Origin: Oopsacas minuta
Taxonomy: Eukaryota; Animalia; Porifera
NCBI GenBank assembly: GCA_024704765.1
Contig: JAKMXF010000306.1
Span: forward strand, 62,001-126,000
Direction: 5' to 3'
Length of the DNA: 64,000 nt
Below the pieces are notes generated by a model that made no database searches, was not told the origin of the DNA, and saw only the letters and a program-made list of their open reading frames with translations. The translations under genes and the position numbers were made by a program. How positions within the stretch are numbered: the stretch's first letter is position 1; each line of letters opens with the position of its first letter. Positions 40,441 through 54,970 of the stretch are shown here, one piece after another.

Positions 40441-41109
40441 GCACTTACTGATTATGAATCCAATAACCTAAACTCCTAAAGTATGGTCATTGTATGTTGT
40501 AAATCTACAGTTCTTATTCAAGCGTAGAGGGATTTCCTATCAGTCTAAATAATTACATGTTTTGTCCTCCCAAATTTTCAAGCGTACATTGACTATCTGT
40601 ACTCGCGAGCACAACGAACGAGTAATATTTTGTGGGTGTACACGGTTCTGCCCAATGTAAAGGGGAAATGAGGGCTCCATACAGGGATACGACCTTGATA
40701 AATTTGTTCTTTGCAGTTATGAAATTTGTAAAGATTTTTAAAACTCGCATGAAAGTTTGCATTGATTATAGAAACGCCTGACCTGTTTTTGGTAGAGAGA
40801 AAAGAGAAAGAAAATCTTTGAGCACGGGTCCCGGGGATTTACCCCCTGTCCACATTCTCGACGCTACTGCGTGGTAGAATGAGGCGCAAGGGGGTGGTGG
40901 TTCGATTTGGGCCTTTATGTCCCCCTTAATCTGAATCTACATCTCAGACAGCAGTTAGTACAGCTTCTCCACGGATTTCCCAAGCATTCGCCTCATTTGG
41001 ATTGTCTGCTACAACATCTCAAGAACAAAATTTTATTCGAGTTGATATATGCATGGGACCCACTCAAAAGTATTGCTCTATTAAAATACCATATATAACT
41101 TGTACACCT

Positions 41110-41704
41110 TCTTCTACTATGTGGGACACCCGGGCAGGTCTCTTAGTAAATTTGGAGATTTCAACTATTTGTTACTGTAATAGTCATTAAACCAACAATA
41201 AATTTATTTGTATATGAAAAACTTAAAGTTTCAAAATTCGGATTCAGCGTACCTGATTACCCCATATGTCTGTTGAGAGCAAGTCTCTACTTATATTTGG
41301 AGATTTCAGTTATATGTTTACTTTATAGTCATAAAACAATGATATTTTTGCTGACAAGTATAAGGAACTAGAATATCTGAAATTCGGATTCAGGGTACTT
41401 AGTTACCCCTTGAGTTGCCGTTTAGAGCAAGCCTGTATGTATATTTAAAATTTGGCTATTTTGCTTACTTTTATATTCTTAAAATGACAATACATTTACA
41501 TATGATTAATCCAAAAGTGTGAATCTCGGAATCAACATGTTCGATATATTTATTGAAGTTTTATCCAATCCTATTTACTTCCTTGATACACACGATAAAT
41601 ACATAGTTATTCGACAATTTTAAAATTGTCATTCCTTGAGAACGGACAAACAAACAACCAGATAAACAGACAAAGAGACATCAATTGAGATTTAATGATA
41701 TAGA
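41110..41704 (-). mobile_element. Putative non-autonomous Helitron-like element with internal ~150-bp tandem subrepeats
   Basis: Minus strand begins A|TCTATATCATTAAA followed by TGTC/TTTG microsatellite; repeated AAATTCGGATTCAG(C/G)GTAC..TTACCCC..GAGCAAG units at ~41230, ~41380 and ~41520; related copy at ~28520. 3' CTAG end not found. Confidence 0.4.
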
Positions 41705-42199
41705 TATTATTGATATGTAAATATATTTTGTTTTTAGGAATATACACGATTCAAATAGACACATATCAAAAGTTTTAGATATTAGCTCTGACCGGCTAAA
41801 GGGGTTGAAATTATACAATAACTTATAAGACATATGCGTAGATTTGAAAATTACATTGTTATAAATATCTATGTCATAACAATTAAAGGGCCGTCAATTT
41901 GGAGAATAATGGATGCCTCGAGGCGCAATCCGACGAGCCAAAGGCTCGTAGATATGTATATTGACATGATATTGCGATTTGGTAATATAGGCATATTTGC
42001 GAAATTGACTCATTTTTATCCACCCACAAATAGTATTATTTCTCGTGTTTTGGAAGTATATATATGGTGATTGCTAATTGTTATTAGCACATAAGATGTA
42101 GCTATTAGCGCCTTGACGAACCCTCTGCAGGGTTTCTAATTATCAAACACCAATATCAAAGTAGGGACTACCTATAGCTAGTCTACATCGTTGGTTGCT

Positions 42200-42330
42200 C
42201 ATCGTACTTTTTGGATAATACTTTCAGGATTATGTGCTCGATTGTTTCGGCGCCAACTTCACTTCATTCTTTGTGTCTAGTCTTGCCTGCTCTTGCGTCA
42301 ATCCGACTTTCTCAAGCGTGTAGGTCTTAG
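42200..42330 (-). pseudogene. Possible fragment of an RLE-type non-LTR retrotransposon (R4/Dong/NeSL-like CCHC region)
   Basis: Frameshifted QEQA..TKN and ETIEHII.KVLSKKY resemble QDQAL.TR...ETIxHIxxGCxxLAxxEY; very short. Confidence 0.3.
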
Positions 42331-42853
42331 GCGCGAGGGTGGGTCGTGACGGTTTGGTTTGGGTCTCGCATACTATTGGGGGACCTTACAATTATATTTC
42401 TGTATTAGCTCTATGGGTTCTAAAACAAACGAGGAGTGATCGAGCCCTCCCTGCCCCACCAAACCCGTTAGGGATGTAGTGATTTAGTGATCCAAGCGCC
42501 TAAAACACTAGCGATATGGCGATGGGGGAGGGCTGAAATTTCTAGGGTTATGGGGCCTGTATCTCCTAAACGCTGACGTTTTGGTGATCCTCGATTCTGT
42601 GCGAAATACTAGCGATCTAGCTAATAAATCCTCTGGGAGACAACATCTTAGGGCAGTGATAACCTTTCGCTCAATACAGTAAAACATATGAACTAACACT
42701 ATGGTCTTTGAGGACATAAGGAAATTGTGTATATTTTACGCATCCCTCGAAATTGCTAATATTGAATATTATCGCCAGATATTATCCAAAATGTGAACAA
42801 GTGTTCTAGTCTTATTTTCTTCCAGTAAATTTAGATAATTTGCATTCTCTCAG

Positions 42854-45800
42854 ATGGCGTCAAATGAATCAATTTCCAGTTGTAAGAATCATATTCTCAA
42901 AGAGCAGGGTGATTTCTCAGAATCATCACAATTTTCAGTTTCAGAGGATATCTCCTATATTTCATCACCTCCTGTGATGAATATACGAGGCAAGGTAGTA
43001 TCCAGAGGTGGTCCTCTGGTTACTACCTTGCCTTTATGTCCTCGTCAATCTGAATCTACATCTCTTACAGCAGTTAGACAAACTTCCCCAGGGATTCCCA
43101 AACATTCACCTCACTTGGACTGTCTCATACAACATCTCAAGATCAAAGTTTTATTCATTTGACAAATGCATGGTACGTCCTTGAAAGCGTCGCATCTATG
43201 GAAATATGTGTACAACTTGTAGACCATCTCTTCCAGGTGTGCAAGACCCAACAATCCTGCTTTTCCCAAACCGCCTAGAGCAAAGAATCGCAAATACCTA
43301 AAGTTACCCACAGAGGCTACATTGCTAATTTTCGCATTCCCCCAATAATGCATTCCAAACCTATGTTACTACTTTCATTTTCAGGAGAAAAGAGAAATAT
43401 ACAGATCAACTGGTATGACAATTCTTGATGTTCGCATCATAGTAGAGGTATTCTCTACCTTTCATTGCTGCGAATGTGTTAGAGTCTTTCCCTTTATCAA
43501 GAAAAATGGTTTCATGAATTCATATTTACAAAGAATGGATTCTTCCATTCCAGTAGGGTGTTATGGCTGTAGACTCTGCTGGTATTTCGTGGCGGAATTT
43601 TCCAAACTATCTACAATATTTTACATGCCCCCACCTCTTCAGAGCATGTCATATCTATATCTGAACTGTCTGAAAGCTGTTACAAAAGTTTTAGTAGGGA
43701 CTGTCATGTCTGATGCCACTAACAGCTACGCCAAAGATCAGACTGTGAAGTATCACTTGATTCTAACGCTACCAACTTAATAGTCACCTTCGAAAGCTCC
43801 TGGAAGACCAGAGGATTCTATTCCAACACGAGCCGTCTCTATGAGAAGTACTCTATCTGGACAGAGGAAAGATGGAAAGATCAGTCATTCGAGTACGAGA
43901 GGTGGTTAGAACGTCATAAGCCAAACTGCAATCGTAACTGCGCTAGATCTTCTCAGGGTATGGAGCCAGAAATAGCCAACAGGATTTGGGGATGCTGCTT
44001 GAGAAGAATCACCTGGCATAGTCGGTTTTGTCAGATATAGAAATTCAAGAAGTTTTCACCCGTGGAAGAACTAAATCCATACAATCTTGTGAAGATTCTA
44101 AAAGAGGAACATAAGACGGATGTAGTCCAGCGCGTCTAAAGAAAAGAATTACGAAGAATAATACTCTTGTAGAACACGCACTACCTGAATGGAATACTGA
44201 TTATATCGCAGCAAATTTCTCTACTGTGATCTATCACACCGTGGTTTAGCATCAATCAAGCTGTAATCTTCTCTACATATACTAGTTGATCATGTGGCAG
44301 GGGATCATTCGGGTTGTCCTACTGGAGAGAATTCATGATGTCCGTGGAGAAACCCATCAGGTTCAGCACTTGATGTTCTGACAATCTTCAAACTAATTGA
44401 CATAAATACAGGGACGTCGCCACGAGGGGGGCAACCCCTCTGGTTACCCATTGCCCTAGGCATGCCACCGGAGCTCCTTGGCTTAAATTGCAAACTGGAA
44501 AATTTCGGCTCACTTCGCTCGCATCTTAACCGCAATAATATTTAATCTCACCCATACATACGCAATATAGCTTGTATTGATCTACCGAACTAGTTGGTAC
44601 TTTCGAGTGTTTATATAATAAGCAAATGCAGTGTTTTCCAGGCCGTTTTGGTATATCGGCCCGGGATTCCTTCAGTTGTTAAAAAAATATAGGCACCCAT
44701 TGCAATACTGGATCACTATGTTAATGTATAGTTAGCACACTAATAAGTAGAATTGACCATACAAGTGATAATATCAAGAATTATCGTACTATTTTTCCGG
44801 TCGATGCCTCCAATGATATAATTATTGATGACTTCTCGTTGTTTGTTTAAAGATTTCACTATTTATTCCTTAAATATAACTGAGAAACTGTTTCAAGATT
44901 CAAACCTACTTAGCAGTGCAAAGGTAATTAATGTGGTAGCTATTATGGCTTATTGTCCAGGTCTACGCCCCGTCACAACTGGAAGACCTACAGCACCCCA
45001 GAACCCCTGCTGCAATAGCATCGTGCATAACTGACTGTGGCCCCCAAATATTCTCCGAGCTACACATCATTACTCTACCAGAATAAACAACTTTCTGGTG
45101 CAATTGCAGACCAAACGTTATTTCTCTCAATTGTTTGGCTCTTGAACCTTAGCGATTGTTTACAACGCCCGTAGGCTTTGAAATCTGTGGTGCATAAATT
45201 CAATCTGGTAGGAAACATCTAGAACTTGTTGGCAACAAGATTGATTTTGTGCCCTCATATATCAAAGCAACATGAGACAACTGCCCCGCTGGATGGTTCT
45301 ACCCAATTAAATTTTATAGATCCGCCACTGAACATGCTCCTGCTAAACCCGTGAAACACCTTCCCCATCGTCCTGCATCTTAGAAACTCCGTACCTCCCC
45401 CCAAGGCGAAAAATCCTGGCGAAGTCCCTGCATAGAAAGGTGAAAGAAGTATCCAATACTTATGCGACAGAAGAATTCTGTAGCCATCTATCATTAGAAC
45501 TGACTCAAAATGCTAATGAATCCTTACATAACACTATATGGAGTCCCCGCCCCAAAAGCAAGTATTAATCACCTCAATCTATTTAGGATTATTACTGCTA
45601 TCGCTGTCCCAACCTTTAATGAATTGGAACTTTCACTATTCGGAATCCTAACTGACCTTGGTCTGTCTCTCTTTTGGCGGACTTATACTGCATTTCTGAA
45701 ACGAGATACTGGTCAGATTATTCTCGATGAGCTCAGAAGAAGTCCAATTATCAAAGACGAAGAAGAAGAGCCAGGCAATTCAAGCAACAAAGAGAGTTCC

Positions 45801-45900
45801 CTGTTGAAAGTAAAAGGCGGAAGAAGCTATAAAGGGAGGCAGTTTGGGGTTGAGAATTCCCAAAAAGAAGTGTCTCGGCTCTTTGACGGATCGGTATAAC
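42854..45900 (+). pseudogene. Decayed Mutator-like / Kolobok-H-type DDE transposase, split by a hAT insertion
   Basis: CNRNCARSSQGMEPEIANRIW (~43925-44000) and TQNANESLHNTIW..PK...AIAVPTFN...IL.DLG (~45500-45665) match the C..N..GSS..ME and TQNxNES motifs of this family. Superfamily label is uncertain. Confidence 0.6.
44409..45430. mobile_element. hAT-type non-autonomous element inserted in the Mutator/Kolobok-like transposase
   Basis: TIRs CAGGGACGTCGCC / GGCGAAGTCCCTG; 8-bp flanks CATAAATA / CATAGAAA (6/8). Confidence 0.7.
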
Positions 45901-48537
45901 ATGTAGAGGAGGTACTGCAGTGGAGAGAAGTACGAGGGAGCGTGGCGTTTCTCCTGTTTCCACATGGTCTTCTAGCTCAACCAGCAGCTCTGACGAGTCG
46001 GATACCCTATGCAGTATATCCCACAAGAATGAACCAGAACTTGTGACAAAGAGGAAACTTTGAAAGAATCAATCCGATTGGGTATAATGTGAGAACGGCT
46101 CTGAATGGGTTCATTACAATTATGCTGACGTAGACATTCAGGCGTGTCTAAAGTCTCTTTTAATGTGATACGTGTTCTTGAAAGGTATTATCATTAGCTT
46201 TTAAATCTAACCACTTGTGATCGACAAAGTGAATTTTTTCGGATATCGGTATTCAACAGAAATCGAATAGTTGTTCCGAACGTTGTTTAAGGCTAAATTA
46301 TTTCCTAATTATTGGTGGCCTAGCTGTATCAAATCTTTTTTTAATTATTCGGTAATATCCGGCCATAATATTCAGTGTAAATCTATTTTGATCACTACTA
46401 CTACCCACGGTTAAAGTTATACCTTGCATGAATTAGTGGTTACCAGATGATACCTAGATCTTACTACGAGTATACATGCCAAATATGGTGTCTTAATATC
46501 TAAAGGTATGGACAGAAGATAAATAAGATAATAAGGAACACCAGAAGATCAACGGACACGAAATGTTCGCAGGCCGTATAGAGCAAGCGCGCGCAGTCTA
46601 CTTCTACCATTCAATAATAAATTTGTAAAGGGCCGAAGACAGCTAGAAAAAGCCTTCTTTAGGAGCTAGCAGAAGCAGCGCATGAAGGGCGATTTTCGGC
46701 TAGTAATGGTTAAAATACATCTCGAATTTTTCATTATCTATCAGTTTGAGTCAAGAGACCATCCAAACTGTAATTACTTTACCGAAGATATTTGGAGAAT
46801 GAAAAAAGATCGACGACTGCGATGCGAGTAGATTAATCTCGGTTATGTTTGGCCCAGCTTTATTAAAACATGGTTAGACTAAGCTAGCAAGTATAATTTT
46901 GCACAAACCATATGTTGGTTAATGTAAATGTAAGATTTCGATGGAAGAGAATTTTTAATCTGATTCTCTGGAGCCTTGTTAGGGTAACTCTAACATAGCT
47001 GCTTGGTAGACGTCCTCTCACCTCTTCATGGTTACCGGATCAACTAGATAATGTTATTAAGCAGAGTTGGGTATACATTATTATGAATCGCTAAATTGTC
47101 ATAAATGTTTTATCAGTTGTAGGGAATATATCATAAAAAATACAGTAAACCAGCTCAATGACTCTTCTAGTCAACGATTTCAAAAAGTGAGGAAATAGAT
47201 TGAGTTTCAGCATCTAGTAGGGTTAATGAACGAACAACAAATCAAGTCGCAAAATTGACAAGTACGTACTGTGAAAATGATCTGGTAGTTGAATTGTGGA
47301 ACATAGATACATTTAGCGTGGAGCATCATTAATAATATATACAACCACATTTCATGAATATGCATTCTGCATAACCAAAAATTTGGAACCATAATCCGAT
47401 ACATGTTGTTAATTAATAAGTTGATTTAGCATTTAGGACCATGGATTAGATCCATAACATATATTTTGCAGTTGCTGAAGAGAAAATGTCCAATATAGTG
47501 ATAGTATTATGACTCTGTATATATTGGAAGACAACACCCAGATGCAAACAAAAACTACTCATTCCTAAAAGTATGATTTCTGAAAGAATTTTTTATATAT
47601 GCTGCATTGCCATTCCTTAACGCAATAGGACTCAGATATACGTTTACTGGGCGTCTGAACTCTTGGTACCCACTTTTCATTACGATAATACCAAAGCACA
47701 TTTCACGAAACCCTCAAGAATCTCCTTGGAGAAACCCTATTATTCATGTTTTTGTTATTTTTTGCTTAATGCATTTTCTTGGGATATATACATGATGATA
47801 TATAAATTGATCCACTGAGATAATTGAGTTCCAGGATTGGATTGATGATTGGATCAATCCGATTTTTTGGTTAGGAATCCAGTCTTATCAGTACCAAATA
47901 GGGTTGAATATGATGATAGGTTGGAAAGTTATGGGCGTCTCTATACGATAGCAGCTGATTATAGAATATTTCAAACTCCTGATCATTTCCTATTATGCAT
48001 AAAATCGTGGATTCCATCCTATTCCGCTTTACCGATTTTGTTTACTGATTGATAATTGAACATTTTTGTCGGTTGCAATTTATTGTCTCAATTGTTTATG
48101 GATGTTGTTCATTATGATCGTACTTAATTTATATATTCTCATTATCAACTACATTTAAACTGATTACTTTTTCTCATCTAACTTTTCTACAAAATTTGGA
48201 CGGTCTATTGAATATATTGTAATGTTTTACTAAATTATTTGAATTATATGTTGCTATCAGCTATATTTTACAATATATCCAATTCACTATTCAATTCTGT
48301 CTAAAATCTAGAATAGAGTGCAATACTCTAATCTCTTTGTAAGGATAGCAGTTCGACTTGTAGGCTTGCAGATGCAGTATCAATTTCAAATATAATTAAA
48401 TTGGATATTAAGTCAAACTGAGATGTATATTCCTTCATCAATAAATTCATACATCTAAAACGCCCGTTAGCAGGAGAAGATATCATCCATTTCCCATTAT
48501 TAAAATCTGTAGGAATGGTTTGCCGATGAGTACAGGA

Positions 48538-49433
48538 CTACATCCCATCAGTTGATCTCCTGATAGAGCAATTTAAAGAACGCTTCGTTGATATTTGTAG
48601 ATGTGTTTCTAAAAGATCAGGATTCGTTGTTTGCCCCTTTCTCAATCTCTTCTTCACGCTTCCCCAAGAACTTTCTATCCCTTGAGTATGCACTCCTGTG
48701 TGAGGATCCACAAAATTCTGAGAGTGATTGATTGTGTGATGAACATAAGTAGTGTGTTGTAGGATGGCATATGAAGCCCACTCATTAGAGTGTATCGTAG
48801 TTCCAGGTAGAATATATTGTTGGATTATTGGAGGCAGAGTTGCAATAGTACGGTTAGTCACAACTACCATGACAGCTTTATTAGTACCCGTTTCAAACAT
48901 GCCAAATACCCATTGGCCAGTTAGAAGTCTCCCACGATTGTATTCCCGCTTTCTGAATTTGCACTCGTCTATCTCGACAATCGTACCAGATCCTCCGATC
49001 GGTTCGGGATTAACAATGAGATCTTCAATACAGACATCTCTCGTGAAGTTCTTACAATCTTCAACTGTGTTTGGACTCCAGCCTAACTGTTTCTCCAAGA
49101 ACATGTGCGCCTGTATATCTTCCGACCAGTAGTACAGAAACTTGAGCATTTTAGGAAGGGGTATATTAGAAGCCTCAAAAATGAACCGTGTCGAATGGAA
49201 CAAATCTTCTTACAACCTGCAACAGGACATCTCCAGATATAGCCTGGATGTCGAGGATATGGCCCTTCACGCAGCAACTTCCCACAAGTACATACCATTA
49301 CACTAGCCAACAGGCCACACTTCCTGAACCAAGTTAGTGTCGCGTTATCAAATTGTGCCGTCAGAATTACTTCATCAATTTTCAAATTTGCTAAGATACC
49401 AAGAACTATATACCATAACAGTTGTGTGTTCAT
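48538..49433 (-). pseudogene. Merlin (IS1595/ISXO2-like) transposase, frameshifted
   Basis: N-terminal Zn ribbon C.CG...WRC...C..SIR; VEIDE, YNRGR, QWVFG, ILPGTTIHSNEW, HHTINHSQNFVDPHTGVHTQGIESSW. One frameshift at ~49195; canonical SDEW reads SNEW. TIRs not identified. Confidence 0.85.
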
Positions 49434-50677
49434 TTCTCAATTACTTATGCATTTGCCTTTCGTGTATATATATATTGAGTATCATAACCTTAGCAACAAT
49501 ACAAGATGTTTGGAATTGGTTGAATATTTATTTGTATATAATACCACAACAACGGTGATGCAGTTTAACGACTACCAATTTGCATACCTATAACCTTTTA
49601 GAAATTTGTGGTTAATGGAAAGCCATATTGATATCTTTGGAGCATGTTAGTTAAGATACTTTTAGAATGCAATTAGGAATGTGTTCAATTTGGAAATAGA
49701 AATAATCCTTACAGTAGAAACCGCTTTAATCTAACAATTTATTGGTAACAGAAAAGGGTTAGAAAAGTCTAATAGTTAGAATAGCCCGGTGTTAGAAAAC
49801 ACCGCTTTGACTGTATCTAGATGTAGTACAAATATTGTTTTTGAGATAATTATCACAACAAACCGAGAAGGGATAGGTATTTCGATATTGTTGAGGAGAT
49901 TAGTCGAGGAATCAAAATGCTATTACTTCAGTGAAATACGAAATATGAGCCTTACTAAACTTTCGTAAGTATTTTAAGCTGGACAAACCAGTTTCTATTT
50001 ACCATGCCTCAACATTTCTAGATTTTGCCAATCTACAAAAGAATATTAAATGAAATGCCTCCTCAACCCCTAACTTCTAAAGATTTCTAATTTAAATGTT
50101 GGTGGCAGATCATTTAAAGTATTAGATGAGAGTCACAACATAAATTTCTTAATACATATACATTTCATAGTGACCGCAAAATAAGATGAAAATTAAAAGC
50201 CATATACGTTCGTTTGCTTGTTTTCTATAACAGATCAATTCTATGTTTATTTGAATAGTATATTTGGTCAACAATTATCAATACTATACATAATTATTAG
50301 AGTTATGCAGTGATAATTTAATTGAAAGTGATAGCAATTAGAGATACGTCTAATAAATAACATAAAAAAACAAAAGACATATCCAATGTCTCTCACACAT
50401 ACTAGTCAACCGTACTATTTTTGGCTGAGGTCCCGATTTTTGGGACATATGTTAGGAGTTATGTCCCGCGAAAAGGTTCCAAAAGGAGAATTATCCTGCT
50501 TTTCAGTGCTTAGGACTAATATTAATATGTTATGTCCCGCTAAAATACTCCTTATTTCCCGTTGTTTCCTTTCAGACGTAAACATGTACGCTATCACCAT
50601 AATTATTACGAGCAACTGCTTTATTTTCTAACGCAACATTGTGATAACTCTATTCTCACAATGTACGAACATAGTAA

Positions 50678-52907
50678 CACCTGTCGAATTTGACCACGTC
50701 TGCCCCACCCTCTCGTAGGCCTGTTAACAGGCTGTAAGCTGTTGCAGTGTTGCAAACAAGATTATATAACGAAGTTATTAGAATTACAATACTAATCATG
50801 AACTAGTTAGCTTCATTTTGCACTCTTACGTTTTGATAATTGACAGCATTGTTCTGAAGTATTGGTAATAATTATGATTGCTTGTTATTTTGTAATTGGC
50901 ATTCCTGTTCAGGATTCTCAATAATGTAAGTCACTATGCAATGATGTTAGAAGGCACATTGCTATGGCTATAGATAGTAACTAGAATCAGTGTTAATTGA
51001 TTTGATGACTAATACAATTTCGCCCATAGACTTTGGCTTAGTAGTGTAATTTAGCTCTAACCTTTTCAATTGTGCACCGATTTGTACGTGCTAAAGTGGA
51101 ATCATCATCATTCAGCGAGTACGATCAGGTTAGAATATGTGCGTTTCACATTTCGGATGAAAAGTTCGAGGGATGCAATTCTACAGTAGTAACAAATAAA
51201 CATAGAATTATTTACCAAGATTTGGAATCTGCTCGCAGACCCGTTTCTCACGATGTCTCCTTGCCTGTCCTCACTCCTACCTTATATGGATATGATTCTC
51301 TTTCTGATGTTGTAGATACTCTGTCATAATCAATGGACGAATATTCTATTGGTTCAGAATACGTCCCTGAAGTTAGTAATTTAGCGCCCCAACCTTCACA
51401 CAAGGTAAATTGAATGACCTTATCAGGGATCTTGATTTGTCGGAAGAGAAGGCAGAATTTCTTGCATCAAGGCTTCAACAAAAGAATTTACTCAACAAGA
51501 ATATTATAGTGTACCATTACCGTAAACGAAATTTTGATTTGACTCAATATTTTACAGTTGAGGGTCCTCTCTGTTATTCTAATGATATCGACGGGCTGTT
51601 TTTAATTTGTCACAGGAACATTCATCTTCTGATTGGCGCCCATATATTGATTCATCGAAACGTAGCTTGAAAGCCGTTTTATTGCATAACGGAAATAACA
51701 TCCTGTAATTCCAATTGTTCACTTTGTACATCTTAAAGAGTCCTATATAAACCTGGAAGAAGTTTGGTAGCGATCAATTATAGAATACACAGATGGAATA
51801 TATGTGGGGATCTTAAGGTCATTGGTCTGTTAATGGGATTGCAACAAGGATTTACCAAATATTGTTGCTTTCTCTGTTTATAGGACAGTCGTGCAACAAT
51901 AGATCATTATAAAAAGCGTGATTGGCCCAAGAGAACAAATTTTAAAGTAGGAACATCCAATATTGAATATACACCATTAGTAGATCCTAATAATATCTTT
52001 TTGCCACCACTTCATATAAACCTCGGATTGATGAAAACTTTCGTCAAAACAATGAGTAAAACAAATCCTACAGGGGTCGCTATATGCTGAGAAATTTCCC
52101 AAACTAAGTGATGCCAAGCTTAAAGGGGGTGTATTTATTGGACCGCAAGTTAGGGAAGTTCTCAAGGATGAAGATTTTGACAATATATTTTCCGCTAAGG
52201 AATTCACAGCTTGGAAATCTTTCAAATGGATTAGTGTGAAAATTTTAGGTAATATGAAGTCAACAGGGTATATAGAGGGAGTAAACAACTTAATTCGATC
52301 ATATGAAAACATGAGATGCTGTATGTCATTGAAATCACACTTTTTGCACTCCCATCTTGATATTTTGCCCGAAACACATGGTGCTGTAAGCGATGAACAG
52401 GGCGAACGATTTCACCAAGACATTCTCAGAATGGAAAATTGATATCAAGGTTTCTGGAATAACCGTATGATGGCGGACTATTGCTGTATGTTATACAGGG
52501 ATGAATCCAATAGAGTTTGCAAAAGAAATTCTTATTCTTAACGTTTTTGACGTCTAAATATTTTCCTCTTTGTTTATTCAACTTATATATCTCACAAATG
52601 TGAAAATTTTTAAATTTCCTATTCAAGATAGTTAGATTCTATTTTGATACTCAAATAATTATTGAATTATTCACATTGGGACTCTAATATCAAGTAACAT
52701 TAGTTTGCTGAACAACATTGGCTTTAATTAAGCATGCTAAAATATGTGATATTTCGAACTTGAATTCGGAATTCAAGCTAGAATATTAAAAATGTATATG
52801 TGTTAGAGAGGAATGAAGGGAAGAGTTGAAATCAGCACAAAAAAGTAGTCTAGAAAATACCCATTTTTGCTCGATGGGAATAATATGTGAAAATTTGTTG
52901 ACCTGTG
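50678..52907 (+). mobile_element. Chapaev3-type (CMC) transposon, decayed
   Basis: TAA|CAC ... GTG|TAA ends (3-bp TSD); LNDLIRDLDLS.EKAE.LASRL, WNICGDLKVIGLLMGLQ.GFTKYCCFLC, LPPLHI.LGLMK.FVK, HFLHSHLD...GAVSDEQGERFHQDI..ME.YQG motifs with many stops. Confidence 0.82.
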
Positions 52908-54091
52908 TAATCTTCAAAATGTGGTTAAATACCACGAAATATAATTTTGAAAGTTTCATTGCCTATTCTTGATTGATTTCAAGAGCATGGAAAAACAATA
53001 GTTTTAGAAAATATCTGCAAAGACTAAAAGCCATAATTAGAGGCGTAGAAGGTCACATTTGAGTGGCCCTAGTTTTAGTTTCTAATTTACAGCTAAATGG
53101 ACTTGGTGACAGTTCATAAGACGTTTTCATTACCGCCAGCAAGATTGCAGATGATTAAACTTATGTAGTTACGTGGCTTGAATTATCAATGATTTAACAT
53201 GTAGATTTGATCATACCATCAAGGTAAATATTAGTTTAGACACTCCAATTGCCCAAAACTGATGTATTACAGACTATATAGCATATTCTTTCAAAATATC
53301 CCATTAAGGCATTTCAATAATTCTTCTCGTATCATCAATGATAGCCTTGAGTTTGAGGATATATTGGATAGAAGCGGAATATAATCATTAGATAGTTATT
53401 ATCAAGATATTTTAGTTTCTTTTGACTAGTAGTAGAAAATTGAGACTAAATAATTTTACTTGAAAATACTAAAATGGATTACTTATAACGAACCATATGA
53501 AATATTTCACTCCTTTTCTGGTGAAGTGGCTAGATATTGATTGAAATTCATAGTTTGTGACTAAGTACATCGTTTCATAAATCTTGCATTAAATTAGATA
53601 GAAATTCACACTGGAAATTAGAAAATTTCTCAAATTCTCCCCTTGTTGAAAATAATTTTGACATCATGAATTGCCAATATTTTAACATGTTATATCCATA
53701 AGTATCATATCTACAAATTTATTATAGATCCCACCAAAAACGTGTTAAAAACTCCCTTCCACAAATGTGATCTTTCCTTTCGAATTTTTAACATTGAATT
53801 ACTATTAGTGAAATATTTCGCTATTATAGCTTATATATACATGACTATTTCCACTTAAGCACATTTATTACCCCCATGTAGCTTCTGCTTATTCAGGAAT
53901 GTCAGCTTAATTTTCTTGATCATTTTGGATTTGTTCATGTGGTTCAACAAATATAATTACAAGTACCAAGTCAATACAAACATCACAATCAGAATTCATA
54001 TTCCTGCTTCGCTGATTTCCTTCGCTCAACCCCTGCTTCAATTTTAGTTCACTTTCCTACATCAGTTGTAAGTCAAATTCCGCGTTCCCCA

Positions 54092-54443
54092 CAGCGGTGT
54101 AGTGCTCAAATTTCTAATGGAGGAGCGCTTATAAAAGACTATATTGCGCAAAAAGTGGTAAAACAAAGTTAGTTTTCGATCAACAAAACATGTTGTAATC
54201 CACATTATGAGTAATAACAATCAAAATTACTTCGAAACAATGTTGTCCTACTTCGGTGTAGATGTTGCCCCATTTAGCGGAGTTGACTTCAGTACGAAAG
54301 AAGGGCAACTGCGGAAAACTTAATCTACCTGTGTTCTAATAAAATAGCAATAATCTATTTAAAGTGAGAAAGAGCCTCTACCCCTTGAATTTGTCTTTGG
54401 GGAGCGCCGCTCGCCCCCCCGCTCCCCCTACACTTCACCGCTG
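54092..54443. mobile_element. hAT-type MITE with perfect TSD
   Basis: CAGCGGTGTAGTG / CACTTCACCGCTG termini; perfect 8-bp TSD GTTCCCCA (54084-54091, 54444-54451). Confidence 0.85.
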
Positions 54444-54970
54444 GTTCCCCAATATACCTGTGATTGGGCAATTTATTCAATTATTTTGATATTGAGGGTA
54501 AAATGTAAGCGAAGCGTTCCGAAAATTTACTAATCGTAATTTGAAATAGAAATGGCTACAAACCTTTCTTGTTTTGAGATCATATGTGGCACGAAATATA
54601 GTGTGAGGCTAGTTTCCGATTTCTCTCATTGGCTCTGGTACTACCATGTACTTACTTATCTTGTCTAGTTATTTTTTGTCTCCTTGATAATTTCTACTAT
54701 CACAAGTCTATACATCTATAAGAGGGAGACACTGTTTGACGAAAAGTAGAATGCCGAACACATTATGCACACAGGTAGTTGATCTCTATTATGGCCACAT
54801 TGGCAGGGATGGTGAAAATGCTGTAACGGCTACAAGTTACAGTTGCAATCATTTGAGCTCTCAAGGCTAATATTTTTGCTGTTAGCACACATTTAAAGCT
54901 CCAACAGTCAGGCCCAAGGTTAGTTCTAGCTGGAATATTATATATATATTTAGGTAACAAGTGTTGTTTT

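Noticed and set aside
41220-41540. CRISPR-like array
   Set aside because: Units are ~150 bp, degenerate along their whole length, with no unique spacers and no cas genes, in a eukaryotic context.
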